From positions 2,836 through 66,835 of the forward strand of contig CACMQQ010000007.1 in the NCBI GenBank assembly GCA_902615915.1: a DNA stretch of 64,000 nt. Direction: 5' to 3'. Every line of letters starts with the position of its first letter. The first letter of the stretch is position 1. This DNA comes from an uncultured Fidelibacterota bacterium (lineage in GTDB: Bacteria; Fidelibacterota; Marinisomatia; Marinisomatales; TCS55). Shown here in pieces: positions 27,993 through 38,239 of the stretch. The position numbers were made by a program, and so were the translations under genes. Under the pieces are notes generated by a model. It had not been told where the DNA came from. It worked only from the letters and a program-made list of their open reading frames with translations, and ran no database searches.

Positions 27993-29701
27993 AGCACTTC
28001 CTTATTTTTTCTTTATTTTTGCAATTTAACTATGCTCAGAGCGAATTATCAACTGTTGAAAAGATTATTCATCACAAAAAAAATAAAAACGATACAAGCA
28101 ATCATTTGACGATGTTAATTCTGGATGAATTAAAATCTAAAATAGATAGAAGAAATCAAACCATTCTCTATGATCAATCTCAACGAAGAAGAGATGCTCA
28201 GGGGTTGGATAGATATGTTGACATTGAACATTTTCGAATTCATTACACCTTAAATGGTAATCATGCGGTCAATAATGATGATGATGATGATAATTTTATT
28301 CCTGATTACATTGATTCGTTAAGCCAAATAATCAAAGAGACTGTATCTATTTTTCACAAAAAGTATTTATATAATCTCCCACCAAGCGATTCTTTTTATG
28401 ATACGTATCAAAATAATGGTGGAAGCTCACACTATGATATATATCTTAGGGATATTTCATCAAATTATTATGGATTTACTTTCCCCGAACTTCCAGCGCA
28501 AAATAACGGGGATAACGAAAGCTCAAAGAACAATATTGAAAGCTTTTCATACACAACATACTTGGTTTTACGAAATAACTACAAAGATTTTCCTGGTAAT
28601 GAAATAAACAATTTAAAAGTTACCTTTGCTCACGAATATTTTCATTCTATACAATTTGGTTACAATGCATTTGAAAAAAGGTGGCTTCTCGAAGCAACCG
28701 CTGTTTGGTCCGAAGAGCAAGCATACGATCATATTAATGATTGTTATCAATTTTTACCTGATTGGTTTAAATATCCCCACAGGTCCCTTGATGAAAGCGG
28801 AACAATGCGAGAGTATGGTTCATATATTTTTTTCGAATACATTACTGAAAACATAGCAAATCCATCAATAATTCAGGATATTTTTATTCAATCTTCACAA
28901 TCAAAAAATAATACCATCGACCTTTCTCATTGGGTCATTGACAACGCATTAAGAAACAATCAATCATCATTTAAAAAGGCTTTGAATGGAATGTCGGTAG
29001 CAAATCTGATATTGTCCTCAAATGACAATATAAAGGGATATTATTATCCTGAGGCTGAATCTTATCCTGTCGACAGCCCCACAATATTTAAAACTGTTGA
29101 TTATGAATTTAATAATCCAATACAATTAAGCTCAAATCAATTAGACCGATATGGCAGTCAGTACATAGAGGTCAATACACTAAGTCCTATTTTTATAGAA
29201 CTTTTTAACAAAAGCGGGCCAGATAGTGACTTACAAATGAATAATATTATTGAAAAAAATGATGGATCGTATTTAATTATATCGAGTTCCTCAATCAACA
29301 TTGATCCTCAAGGAACAAAAAGAATTTTTTTATCAATTGTGAGTCAAGATACAGTTTCTTCTGAATGGAATTACAGCATAGAATTTCAAAATGGCAAACC
29401 TGGAACAAGAGCAGAATTTCCTAAAGAATTTATTCTAACAAATGCCTACCCAAATCCTTTTAACAATTCTCTTAAATTTAATATAAACGTATTAAAGCCG
29501 GCTCTAATTGATATTTATATAGCTGATATATTAGGAAGAAGAATTAGAAACCTATTTTATGGAGAGATAGTACCTGGAACTCAATTAGTATCATGGGATG
29601 GTAGATCACAAGGTTTTAAGAAAGTTGCAAGTGGGATATACTATATTATAGCAAAAGGAAATTATACTGAGCAGAGAATACCTGTTACTTTGATGAAATA
29701 A
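27989..29701 (+). CDS. secreted HExxH putative metallopeptidase with a T9SS C-terminal sorting domain
   Basis: It has a signal peptide. The zinc motif FAHEYFHSIQ is followed by WLLEATAVWSEE (gluzincin-like W..E..A...E). The C-terminal ~85 aa (NAYPNPFNNSLKFNI...IYIADILGRR...SGIYYI) fit the Por/T9SS type A tail. Confidence 0.75.
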   Translation: MKHFLIFSLFLQFNYAQSELSTVEKIIHHKKNKNDTSNHLTMLILDELKSKIDRRNQTILYDQSQRRRDAQGLDRYVDIEHFRIHYTLNGNHAVNNDDDDDNFIPDYIDSLSQIIKETVSIFHKKYLYNLPPSDSFYDTYQNNGGSSHYDIYLRDISSNYYGFTFPELPAQNNGDNESSKNNIESFSYTTYLVLRNNYKDFPGNEINNLKVTFAHEYFHSIQFGYNAFEKRWLLEATAVWSEEQAYDHINDCYQFLPDWFKYPHRSLDESGTMREYGSYIFFEYITENIANPSIIQDIFIQSSQSKNNTIDLSHWVIDNALRNNQSSFKKALNGMSVANLILSSNDNIKGYYYPEAESYPVDSPTIFKTVDYEFNNPIQLSSNQLDRYGSQYIEVNTLSPIFIELFNKSGPDSDLQMNNIIEKNDGSYLIISSSSINIDPQGTKRIFLSIVSQDTVSSEWNYSIEFQNGKPGTRAEFPKEFILTNAYPNPFNNSLKFNINVLKPALIDIYIADILGRRIRNLFYGEIVPGTQLVSWDGRSQGFKKVASGIYYIIAKGNYTEQRIPVTLMK

Positions 29702-29702
29702 C

Positions 29703-29894
29703 TCAAAAACAACCCCTCAAAGATGTAAATCCTATATACGGAATTACGATATATAAAATAGTATCACGGATCAGATAAAAAATAACTACAGCAAGGATAA
29801 CCTGCCAACCCTTTTTCTGGAAAAGAAGCTTCAAACCCCCCTGTTTTTTTATATCCATCCATTCGTTGATGAATCTTGGACGCTTAAATTTCAT
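29703..29894 (-). CDS. hypothetical small membrane protein
   Basis: 63 aa with one hydrophobic helix (WQVILAVVIFYLI). Its start overlaps the upstream stop by 1 nt. Confidence 0.35.
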   Translation of the reverse strand: MKFKRPRFINEWMDIKKQGGLKLLFQKKGWQVILAVVIFYLIRDTILYIVIPYIGFTSLRGCF

Positions 29895-30364
29895 TAATTT
29901 TTCGGTTTTATCTTACCAAATTTAAGATTTTCGTATTTCTCCCAGATTGTTTCTCCTGAAGCTTGCTGGAAACGATAGGCAAAGGATAGTGCATCATCAA
30001 ATGAATTACCAGAAAATTCATCATGCCTATAATACTCATCGATCCATCCAATGAACTCTTTCATATCTTTTTGATTGACCTCATCAAAAATTCCATAGAT
30101 CAATTCAGCTCTATTATCATAATACCAGGTTGTAATGTCACCATAACCAATATCTTTTATCATCTTTTGGTGAGTATCGTAAACTTGAGTAAGATAAGAA
30201 AATAGAAATATTTCTTTTTCGTTAGGATTTAACGTTCTCCAATAAACTGAGATGGCATTGGGTTTAGCATTTATTTGGTCATCCTGAGAGAATAAGATTG
30301 TTGATAAAGTAATTATAGTAATTAATGATAATTTTATTTTATTCATTTTCTTTTTCAGCCTCAA
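29894..30364 (-). CDS. hypothetical exported protein
   Basis: 156 aa with a signal peptide ([17 protein letters not shown]). Its 5' end overlaps the ispG 3' end, and the start may be the internal Met at 30346. Confidence 0.45.
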   Translation of the reverse strand: MRLKKKMNKIKLSLITIITLSTILFSQDDQINAKPNAISVYWRTLNPNEKEIFLFSYLTQVYDTHQKMIKDIGYGDITTWYYDNRAELIYGIFDEVNQKDMKEFIGWIDEYYRHDEFSGNSFDDALSFAYRFQQASGETIWEKYENLKFGKIKPKN

Positions 30365-31427
30365 ATTCAGAAATCATTTTTTTTAATTCACCAATAGCAT
30401 TTTTCTCTTTTACGCGCTTTCTTCTTTTTCCTTTATAATACAAATGACCTGCACCTTTTCCAAATGCAATACCAAGATCTGTATGTGTGGCTTCTCCAGG
30501 ACCATTAACAGCGCAACCCATCAAAGCTAATGTCATTGGAGTTTTAACATCTTTTAATTCCTCTTCTACCTCACCAGCTATTTTAAACAAATCCACTTCA
30601 AGTCTTCCACATGTAGGGCAAGATACAATTGTAACACCTTTACTAGCGAGTCCTAAGCTTTTTAATATTTCAAACCCAACATGGACCTCTTCAACTGGGT
30701 CTTCTGTCAAGCTAACTCTGATAGTATCACCAATACCTTTTGATAAAAGCGATCCGATGCCTACTGAGGATTTGATAGTGCCAGATTTTGCAGGTCCTGC
30801 TTCAGTTACACCTAAGTGCAATGGATAATCATAATGCTCTGAAAATAATTCATATGAGGCCATCATTAGATTGACATCAGACGCTTTCATTGAAACAATG
30901 ATGTCGTGAAAATCATTTTCATGACATATATCTATATGTCTTTTTGCGCTTGCTAACATAGCTTCAGGTGTTGGGTAGCCAAATTTTTCTATAAGATCTT
31001 TTTCTAAGCTTCCTGCATTGACTCCTATTCTAATTGGTAAGCTGGCTCCTTTGACTTTATCAAGAACCTCTTTTACTTTTTTCTTACCACCAATATTTCC
31101 AGGATTAATTCGTATCTTATCAGCACCTGCGTCAACTGCTTCAAGAGCCATTCTATAATTAAAGTGAATATCAGCTATTAGAGGAACATTCATTCTTTTT
31201 TTTATTTCTTTCAATGCATCAGCTGCAGGTTGGTCAGGCACAGTGATGCGAATTAAATGACAACCAGCTTCTTCAAGTCGCTCAACTTCTTTTAGAGTAG
31301 CCGTCACATCATGCGTTTTTGTGGTTGTCATTGATTGAACGGTAACCGCATGATCACCACCAACCATAACATTGCCAATTCTAACTTCTTTAGTTTTCTT
31401 TCTTTCAATCATAATATTGTTGTTCAA
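30339..31427 (-). CDS. ispG: 4-hydroxy-3-methylbut-2-en-1-yl diphosphate synthase
   Basis: 362 aa with VQSMTTT, RITVP and the Fe-S cysteines CPTCGR...GCAVNGPGE. Confidence 0.93.
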   Translation of the reverse strand: MNNNIMIERKKTKEVRIGNVMVGGDHAVTVQSMTTTKTHDVTATLKEVERLEEAGCHLIRITVPDQPAADALKEIKKRMNVPLIADIHFNYRMALEAVDAGADKIRINPGNIGGKKKVKEVLDKVKGASLPIRIGVNAGSLEKDLIEKFGYPTPEAMLASAKRHIDICHENDFHDIIVSMKASDVNLMMASYELFSEHYDYPLHLGVTEAGPAKSGTIKSSVGIGSLLSKGIGDTIRVSLTEDPVEEVHVGFEILKSLGLASKGVTIVSCPTCGRLEVDLFKIAGEVEEELKDVKTPMTLALMGCAVNGPGEATHTDLGIAFGKGAGHLYYKGKRRKRVKEKNAIGELKKMISEFEAEKENE

Positions 31428-31438
31428 ATTTACTAATA

Positions 31439-32572
31439 CTATTTTTTAAATGGCTGCTCCAAATACAATTTTGCCAAATTATTTGCCTGTGTTTGATTGT
31501 TCGTGGATAAACATTTTCTGTAAGCTAACTTTGCTTCGTATCTCTTATTGCTAATATCAAGCAACTTCCCTTTCAAAAGGTATGCATTTGCCAACCATAC
31601 GTCTAATTCTGCTGAATAATTTTTTATTGAATTTTCAACATAATTCAAAGACATACCATTTTTCCCTGATAAATAAAAATAATGAGCCCACAAATAATCA
31701 ACATAACTACGATATATTTTTTGATAATTTTTCGTAAGAAATTGCAAATTATCGTTATGCGACTCCAATCTGTAACGTGCCTTTTCAAGTTGATTATTCT
31801 GTAACAAACTCTCTGTAAAATGAATTTGAAAATCAAAATTATTGGGATATTTCTCAGCTATAATTTTGCTATATCGCAATCCTTTTATCTGATCAATATC
31901 AAAAAATTGATAAATGTAAGATAATACACTCATAGCTTCCATCCATGCCCATTGCCCTTCATTTGCCACTTTTTCCATTTTCTTTAGGCCTTCTTTTTTT
32001 GATGGAGTAATACCTAAAACTTCTGCAGCTGTTCTCACAAAAATATTTCCCATTCCTGTATAATATTCCACTATTCCAATGGGTAAATAAGAATCAATGA
32101 TAGATGAATCTGACAAATGAACATTTTGTATGACCCTAAAACCAATATAAGCAGAATACAGTGTTGATAGCCATTTTTTTTGTCCAAGGTATATTCTTGC
32201 TTTCAATCCCAATGATGATCCATAATAAAGCTGATAATTCATATCTTTAGGATTTTCAACCATTAATGAATCATATGATCTTTCAGCTTTTGAAAGATTA
32301 TTTTCAAAATTATCGTATATTGTTTCAATAGGTAAACGCGATTCGTCGTACCGCCATTGCGACGCAACCCACACTAGGTGAACACTGGGATGTTCAGGAA
32401 ATTGAAAAATTGCTTTATCCAAAATTTCATTGCTGAGATCATAATTATAATTGTAAAAAGCATCAACGCCTTTTCTGATAATGTCATCGCCATTATACTG
32501 GGAAATAAGATTCGAAAAGAGACAAATACCAACTAAAAAAGATCTGCCATAAATTGAAAAATGGCTGGTCAT
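31439..32572 (-). CDS. hypothetical exported helical-repeat (TPR-like) protein
   Basis: 377 aa with an N-terminal hydrophobic signal and a helical-repeat-like C-terminus (AYLLKGKLLD...AKLAYRKCL). No specific family recognised. Confidence 0.45.
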   Translation of the reverse strand: MTSHFSIYGRSFLVGICLFSNLISQYNGDDIIRKGVDAFYNYNYDLSNEILDKAIFQFPEHPSVHLVWVASQWRYDESRLPIETIYDNFENNLSKAERSYDSLMVENPKDMNYQLYYGSSLGLKARIYLGQKKWLSTLYSAYIGFRVIQNVHLSDSSIIDSYLPIGIVEYYTGMGNIFVRTAAEVLGITPSKKEGLKKMEKVANEGQWAWMEAMSVLSYIYQFFDIDQIKGLRYSKIIAEKYPNNFDFQIHFTESLLQNNQLEKARYRLESHNDNLQFLTKNYQKIYRSYVDYLWAHYFYLSGKNGMSLNYVENSIKNYSAELDVWLANAYLLKGKLLDISNKRYEAKLAYRKCLSTNNQTQANNLAKLYLEQPFKK

Positions 32573-32596
32573 CGATCTATATATAAAAAATTAATT

Positions 32597-34426
32597 TTAT
32601 GAAGATTTGCCAGCTAATAAAAGCCAACCTTTAGCATCGTTATTATCCGGATCTAACTCCATTGATCGTGACCATGCAGCTTTAGCTAAAGCTGATTCTT
32701 TCATTTTCCAATACGTTATTCCAAGTCCAAGATAAATATTAGAATCCATTGGCTTTAATTCAATTGCTTCTTGATAAGCGGCTAATGACTCCTTAAAAAG
32801 CCTACTTTCTCTATAAAAATCACCCAATGTCTTCATAGCACCAGGAAGCCACAAGTTGGAATTTTTATTTATACTTAATGCATTTCGAAATGCAGTTTGT
32901 CCTAAGCCTGACTCACCTGATCTATTGTACTCTACAGCTAAGATGTAATAAACCTGAGGAAGTAGTAAAGTCACATTTGCATTTTTTGGGTCATATCTAA
33001 GTAAATCTTCCCAAGATGAAGCAGACTTTCCCCATTCACTAGCTTTAAAATAACTAAAGCCTTGTTTGAATCTTGAATCTAGATCAGATGGGTCTAGCCT
33101 AACAGCGTCACCATATGTAAGGGCAGCATACACAAACTTGCCTTGAGAAAAATATAAATTGGCTAAGGATTTATACGTCTCTTGATGTGTGGGATCTTTC
33201 TGAATAACTTCCTGATAAGTTGATTTTGCCTTTTCAAGATTGCCCATTCCTTCGTAGGCCTTTCCTTTTAAGAAAACAAATCCACTATTTTCAGGAAAGG
33301 AGCTTTGAGCTCCTTGTGCTAACTTCAATGCATATTCAAAATTTTCATCCTTAATATTATTTTTTATTCTTTGCATTTGTTCGCCAGGTCCGTTAGGGTC
33401 TTTTTTTGCAGATTTAGATAAAACATCTTTAGATAAAATTTCAGATTCCTCTGAACCAAACAATATTGCCATTGCTTCAATAGTGGGACGATGATCTGGC
33501 TTTAATTCTAGTGCTTCATCAAATGCATGGCGAGCTTTTGTCATTTGCCCAAATCTGCTGTAAAATGAACCTAAATGGTAGTGAGCATCAGAGTTGAATG
33601 GATTAGTGGCTGCAAGCCTTAAATAAATATTTTTTGCATCCTCAAAGCGTCCTACCCCTTCATAATTTCTGGCAAGCTCTACCTGCATACGAAAGTCATT
33701 TGGTTCTTTTCTAGCAGATGTCTCAAGATCAGTAATGGTAGGAACACGATCCAATAGAACTTTCCTAACCCTTGCTTGCTCTTTCTTATCTAAGATTGTT
33801 GTGGCTCGTTCTAATTTTCTTGAGCTTAATTCAAAAGCTTCTGCTATATTATAAATGTCATTCGCATATTCAACAGGACTGATTTTTGGTATATTTGATA
33901 CAGCGGGAACAACGGCTCTTTTGGGCGTAGAGCTAGAAGGTGCTTTAGCTGATGTTGATCGTTTTACAAGCGATGTTAGCTGCTGAACCTTTTTTCTATT
34001 GGAGCTTGTGGGATTGAGTCTGTAAGCTCGCTGAAAATCCTTCAAGGCGCCGACATAATCTTTTTTCTTAGCCTTTGCATTGCCATTTCTAGCAAGCGCA
34101 ACAGCTTGAGCAGCTTTTTTACTAGAGGGTTTTGTGCTTTTGGAGCCTGAGGATTGTTTCCTTGCAAGAGATGTTAATTGCTGAACTCTTTTTTTGTAAT
34201 TTGATGTTGGATTTAACTTATAAGCTCTTTTGTAATCTGATAAAGCACCCGTAAAATCTTTCTTTTTTGCTTTCGCAGATCCTCTTTTAGCAAATTTTGC
34301 AGCTTGGGACGGATTTTTCTTTGATTGCGCAATTAGGTTAACACCTGACGGGCTATCCGGAGTAAAACCGGCAACAAGCATAATTACAAGGAAATATGAA
34401 ATGTATTTACTAAAATTTTTTAACAT
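32597..34426 (-). CDS. tetratricopeptide-repeat protein with a duplicated Lys-rich N-terminal module
   Basis: 609 aa with multiple TPR units (A...Y..A..L.P). Residues ~36-100 and ~101-165 form a tandem duplication. Confidence 0.75.
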   Translation of the reverse strand: MLKNFSKYISYFLVIMLVAGFTPDSPSGVNLIAQSKKNPSQAAKFAKRGSAKAKKKDFTGALSDYKRAYKLNPTSNYKKRVQQLTSLARKQSSGSKSTKPSSKKAAQAVALARNGNAKAKKKDYVGALKDFQRAYRLNPTSSNRKKVQQLTSLVKRSTSAKAPSSSTPKRAVVPAVSNIPKISPVEYANDIYNIAEAFELSSRKLERATTILDKKEQARVRKVLLDRVPTITDLETSARKEPNDFRMQVELARNYEGVGRFEDAKNIYLRLAATNPFNSDAHYHLGSFYSRFGQMTKARHAFDEALELKPDHRPTIEAMAILFGSEESEILSKDVLSKSAKKDPNGPGEQMQRIKNNIKDENFEYALKLAQGAQSSFPENSGFVFLKGKAYEGMGNLEKAKSTYQEVIQKDPTHQETYKSLANLYFSQGKFVYAALTYGDAVRLDPSDLDSRFKQGFSYFKASEWGKSASSWEDLLRYDPKNANVTLLLPQVYYILAVEYNRSGESGLGQTAFRNALSINKNSNLWLPGAMKTLGDFYRESRLFKESLAAYQEAIELKPMDSNIYLGLGITYWKMKESALAKAAWSRSMELDPDNNDAKGWLLLAGKSS

Positions 34427-34464
34427 AATTATTCTAATTTACATAAATAATATGGGACTATCCT

Positions 34465-35655
34465 TTATTTTCCAATATCTGAAATCGGTAACCATTTGGA
34501 TTTGATTGCGCTTGTTTTTTTATTTTCTGTCCATGCAAATAACACATTTTCATTGAAAACTTCCATTTGCGGATAGCCTGTAATTCTGCCAGGAGGGATT
34601 TTTTCAATAAGTGTCTCATTACTGAGATTGTTATCGAAAGATATTCTTCTTGCCAATATATTAGATGAATCATCACCATCTTCAATCCAGCTTATAAGTA
34701 TTTCGGAGTTAGATATCCATTCAATATCAACTCTTCCGATTGGCATAGATAGATCTACTCTTTGAGGAGTTGAAAAATTTTTACCAGAATTTGTTGAAAA
34801 AGCAACCTTCACGCTAGGATTGCCATTGGCTGAAGTATACCATGCTAATGCAACATTGGAATTATTCGCAGAGAGCATTGGGCCATTTACTGGACAGCCA
34901 GCAATAGACCAACCATCATTATGGACCGGATAAGATTTTTCCCAAGTATCCCCTACTCTTCTAGCAATATATATATCTCTTATTTCATCAAGACTTCTAT
35001 TTCTGTAAGCAACAACAAGAGTATCTTTAACCCTAACTGAAGAGGTAGGGCAACACTCACATACTCTATCATCGATCTCATATTCATTGATTAAATTGCC
35101 ATTTGATGTAAATGATGAATGATATAAGCTCATTTGTCCATAATCTTCTTTTGAGTGATCCATGAACATATTTCTGCCATCAAGCCAAACCACATCATGC
35201 ATGGATTTACCGATACCAAATGACACAAAACCATGCTCTCCTTTGATTAGTGTGGCATGAGGAATTTGAGAAGACGTCCAATCTGCACCCCGATTGAACG
35301 AAAATGACAAATGAACATCGTAATCGTAGGTACCCGGTCCTGACTTTTCCAACCAATGAGCAACTAATGTATCTTTATTTATATAATTGGTTGATGGAAA
35401 ATCAGCCCAGTTGATAAAATATTCTTTATTTTTGGTAATAACGTTAGGTGAGGACCAGACTTTATTAGAAAAAATCGACGACATGAGTGCCCATTTATCA
35501 GGCTCAATTTCTTCAAACCATGATAAAAGGATTTCACCTTTTGAATTACTGATCAATCTTGGAAACTTTGTCTGATTTTTCGAAGATGGCAATCCTGGTA
35601 AATTAACATCACATGAAAAAAGGAAAATCAATAGTGTGAGAATCGATATTTTCAA
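34465..35655 (-). CDS. BNR/sialidase-like beta-propeller lipoprotein
   Basis: It has a lipobox (LIFLFSC) and BNR-like motifs (SFNRGADWTS, STNSGKNFS). Length is 396 aa. Confidence 0.55.
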   Translation of the reverse strand: MKISILTLLIFLFSCDVNLPGLPSSKNQTKFPRLISNSKGEILLSWFEEIEPDKWALMSSIFSNKVWSSPNVITKNKEYFINWADFPSTNYINKDTLVAHWLEKSGPGTYDYDVHLSFSFNRGADWTSSQIPHATLIKGEHGFVSFGIGKSMHDVVWLDGRNMFMDHSKEDYGQMSLYHSSFTSNGNLINEYEIDDRVCECCPTSSVRVKDTLVVAYRNRSLDEIRDIYIARRVGDTWEKSYPVHNDGWSIAGCPVNGPMLSANNSNVALAWYTSANGNPSVKVAFSTNSGKNFSTPQRVDLSMPIGRVDIEWISNSEILISWIEDGDDSSNILARRISFDNNLSNETLIEKIPPGRITGYPQMEVFNENVLFAWTENKKTSAIKSKWLPISDIGK

Positions 35656-35659
35656 AATA

Positions 35660-35983
35660 TTACTGAGGTTTTTTACAGCATAATTCTAGATTTTGATATG
35701 CTATTGGGTCCGCTTTTTTACCATTAACGTCATAACCTAGCTCTGTGATCACGTCCTCAATCTTTGACATATCTACTAAAGATGCTTTATAAACAACTTT
35801 TCCTGATTGCCCTTTGAGATCGACACTAACATTTTTCACTCCATCAATTTTTGCTACTGATTCTTCTATTTTAGCTGAACACATAAGACACTGAATGGTC
35901 TTTAATTCAAGCTTCGCGGTAGACGAATCACTAGAACAGCTCATGATAAAAAACAGCAAAAAAGAAATAAATATTTTTCTCAT
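35660..35983 (-). CDS. heavy-metal-associated (HMA) domain lipoprotein
   Basis: It has a lipobox (FIMSC). The metal-binding motif is IQCLMCSAKIEESV (CxxC). The C-terminus ends in a CC pair (ELCCKKPQ). Confidence 0.75.
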   Translation of the reverse strand: MRKIFISFLLFFIMSCSSDSSTAKLELKTIQCLMCSAKIEESVAKIDGVKNVSVDLKGQSGKVVYKASLVDMSKIEDVITELGYDVNGKKADPIAYQNLELCCKKPQ

Positions 35984-36034
35984 TTTAATTCCTTATAAAA
36001 TATATATAATGTGAAAATTTACTAGTGTTTAGCA

Positions 36035-38236
36035 CTAAAAGGTAAATAATTTCGTAAACTTTAACGCTATCATTCCATTGTTAGTATTTTCACCGCTTAA
36101 GTCGGATATATTTGAATAAACAATAAATAAATCGCTTAATGGTGAATGAATTAAATTAAATCTAAAGTTAGATACAAGCCTTTCGTCAGCTGCATTATAT
36201 TGAAAATAAAGCGAGTTAAATAAATTAACACTATGATTATATTTTATTCTCAAAGTGTATATGTCTGCATCTATGGTAGTGCTAGGAAACTTTAAAACAT
36301 TCTTATCAATGCCGAATTCGGTTCGAAAGCGGTAACCGCCATTAAAAATAACTGTTGCTCCAACAGAATTCCTATCACCATTGTAATATTTTCCTAAGTT
36401 CAAGCTTCCATTGAGCAAAATCTTTCGTGTTCTGTCTCCTCTATAGTTTAGATTAAAACTATTAAAGACATATTCACCTACGGGCATATCAAATCCGTAC
36501 AGCTCAAAAGGGGATTTTATATTTTCTTTTGTTTGGGTAAAACCTGCAAATAACTGTGAACCTTTCATAAAAAGCACATCCAAGCCGAGTTTGATAGCTT
36601 GGGATTCTAGATATCCATCTAGATTGTCAAATTGATTAATGAAAAAATAAGGATTTAAGTTCAAAATTGAACCTGAGCTAAAACGTTTGTGCCTCCCAAT
36701 AGTTAAAAAAGATTCACCTATATTAGTTCTTTGAATAAAACCAACATCAGGAGAAAAATTCTTTTGAACCCTTTTGTAATAAGTTGCTACGTCCCATTTT
36801 TGATCTCTAAATGCAATAGCTACTCTGCCCGCAGAATTATTATCCATTTTATCAGTGTTTTCAGTTGTAGCATAGTAGGAATAGATCAATAACTTGTTAA
36901 TATTGAAATTTGCATCAATACCTATCGAACGATGATCGGTTGAATCGCTTATTGAACTTCTATCTATTATCATTGCGCCAATATTTGATCTTTTTAATAT
37001 CGGTTTTTTCAATCTAAAAACATTGAAATCTGTTTCCAGAATATCATTTTTCTGATTGGTTGACATGTTTAAATACCCTAGTTCTGTACCAGCAATTTTT
37101 CCAGTCAACCTTGCTCCATAATCAATGGGAATTTGCTCTCCATCCTGTAAACCTATTCGTCTACTGTGAAATAAATTAAAAGTGCGACTCCATTTATTAG
37201 GCTTCATTCGATAAAGGTAGTTTGATATATCACCGAATTCAAATACACTAGCATTTTCAAGGAAAAAGTCCCTTTTTTCAGGAAAAAATAGTGGAAATCT
37301 GGTTAGATTGACTCTTTCTTCATCCGAATCAACCTGAGAAAAATCAGTATTTTTAGTAACATCCAGTGTCAAAGTTGGAGTAATTCCATACTTTACATCA
37401 AATCCCCCATCTATTTTTTTTAATTTTTCATCAGTTTCAATTTGATTTCCTAAAAAATAAGGCTTTAATTGTATATTTCTACCTGACTTGAGGTTGCTTA
37501 AACCAGTCAAGGTACCTGCTTTTGAAGAGGTGAGGAGTTTCTCAAATGGTTCAATTGGACTCCAATAAACATCCTCAGATTTTCTTTTGATCCTTCGCAA
37601 AAAATTTATTCCCCAATCTTGATTTTTTGCACTGGGATCAAATCTCAAGCTTGAAATGGGAAAAGCCATTTCAATGGACCACCCTTTCTCAGTAATGGAT
37701 GTTTTTCTATGGACTATCCCTTCCCATGCGCGATTAATACTAGCTCCATTGTTATTAATATACATATCCTTGATAGCTCCCGCTGGATTAAACAAGAATG
37801 CATAACCGCTTTTTTTATCATTAAATGTATCCAACATAATTGCAAAGCAATCTGAGCTTTGAGAATCAAAATCTTGTTCTAAACTTTCAATAATGATTTT
37901 GTCTGGCTCTGAGTCATACATCATTGCAGAAATATAAAGATTGACATCATCAAACAATACTCTTACTACCGTTCGCTCAGATGCAAGATGGCCAGGATTT
38001 GGCTGCGTTTGGTAAAATTCATAGGAAGAGTCAACCCATGACCATGCATTTTCATCTATAAAACCGTCAATCACGATATCCTCGCTGGTCTTTAGCGTCA
38101 TCATAGTAGGCCTAGGATAATTAACAAGATCAATTACACTGTCCTCTGTTGCGTTATTTTTTGCAACAACAATAGAGTACAGTGTAATGATTAAAAAATA
38201 AAGTCTATAAAATTTAAACTTAATTAAAGTGCTCAA
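36035..38236 (-). CDS. DUF5916 / CBM9-like domain outer-membrane protein
   Basis: 733 aa. The N-terminal DGFIDENAW...QTQPNPG..ASERTVVRVLFDD.NLYISA...D.F.IMLDTF.D fits the CBM9-like head of DUF5916 proteins. The C-terminal region has alternating beta-strand character and ends in ...TKLFTF. Confidence 0.65.
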   Translation of the reverse strand: MSTLIKFKFYRLYFLIITLYSIVVAKNNATEDSVIDLVNYPRPTMMTLKTSEDIVIDGFIDENAWSWVDSSYEFYQTQPNPGHLASERTVVRVLFDDVNLYISAMMYDSEPDKIIIESLEQDFDSQSSDCFAIMLDTFNDKKSGYAFLFNPAGAIKDMYINNNGASINRAWEGIVHRKTSITEKGWSIEMAFPISSLRFDPSAKNQDWGINFLRRIKRKSEDVYWSPIEPFEKLLTSSKAGTLTGLSNLKSGRNIQLKPYFLGNQIETDEKLKKIDGGFDVKYGITPTLTLDVTKNTDFSQVDSDEERVNLTRFPLFFPEKRDFFLENASVFEFGDISNYLYRMKPNKWSRTFNLFHSRRIGLQDGEQIPIDYGARLTGKIAGTELGYLNMSTNQKNDILETDFNVFRLKKPILKRSNIGAMIIDRSSISDSTDHRSIGIDANFNINKLLIYSYYATTENTDKMDNNSAGRVAIAFRDQKWDVATYYKRVQKNFSPDVGFIQRTNIGESFLTIGRHKRFSSGSILNLNPYFFINQFDNLDGYLESQAIKLGLDVLFMKGSQLFAGFTQTKENIKSPFELYGFDMPVGEYVFNSFNLNYRGDRTRKILLNGSLNLGKYYNGDRNSVGATVIFNGGYRFRTEFGIDKNVLKFPSTTIDADIYTLRIKYNHSVNLFNSLYFQYNAADERLVSNFRFNLIHSPLSDLFIVYSNISDLSGENTNNGMIALKFTKLFTF

Positions 38237-38239
38237 ATT

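Noticed and set aside
34458-34685. A 75-aa ORF overlapping the 3' end of the BNR-like gene on the same strand in another frame. The same applies to the many 60-130 aa antisense ORFs inside asnS, guaB, alaS, nrdJ, ispG, the M14 peptidase and others.
   Set aside because: These are shadow ORFs within well-supported long genes. Their composition is low-complexity and typical of alternate frames in AT-rich coding DNA, and they have no independent start context or motifs.
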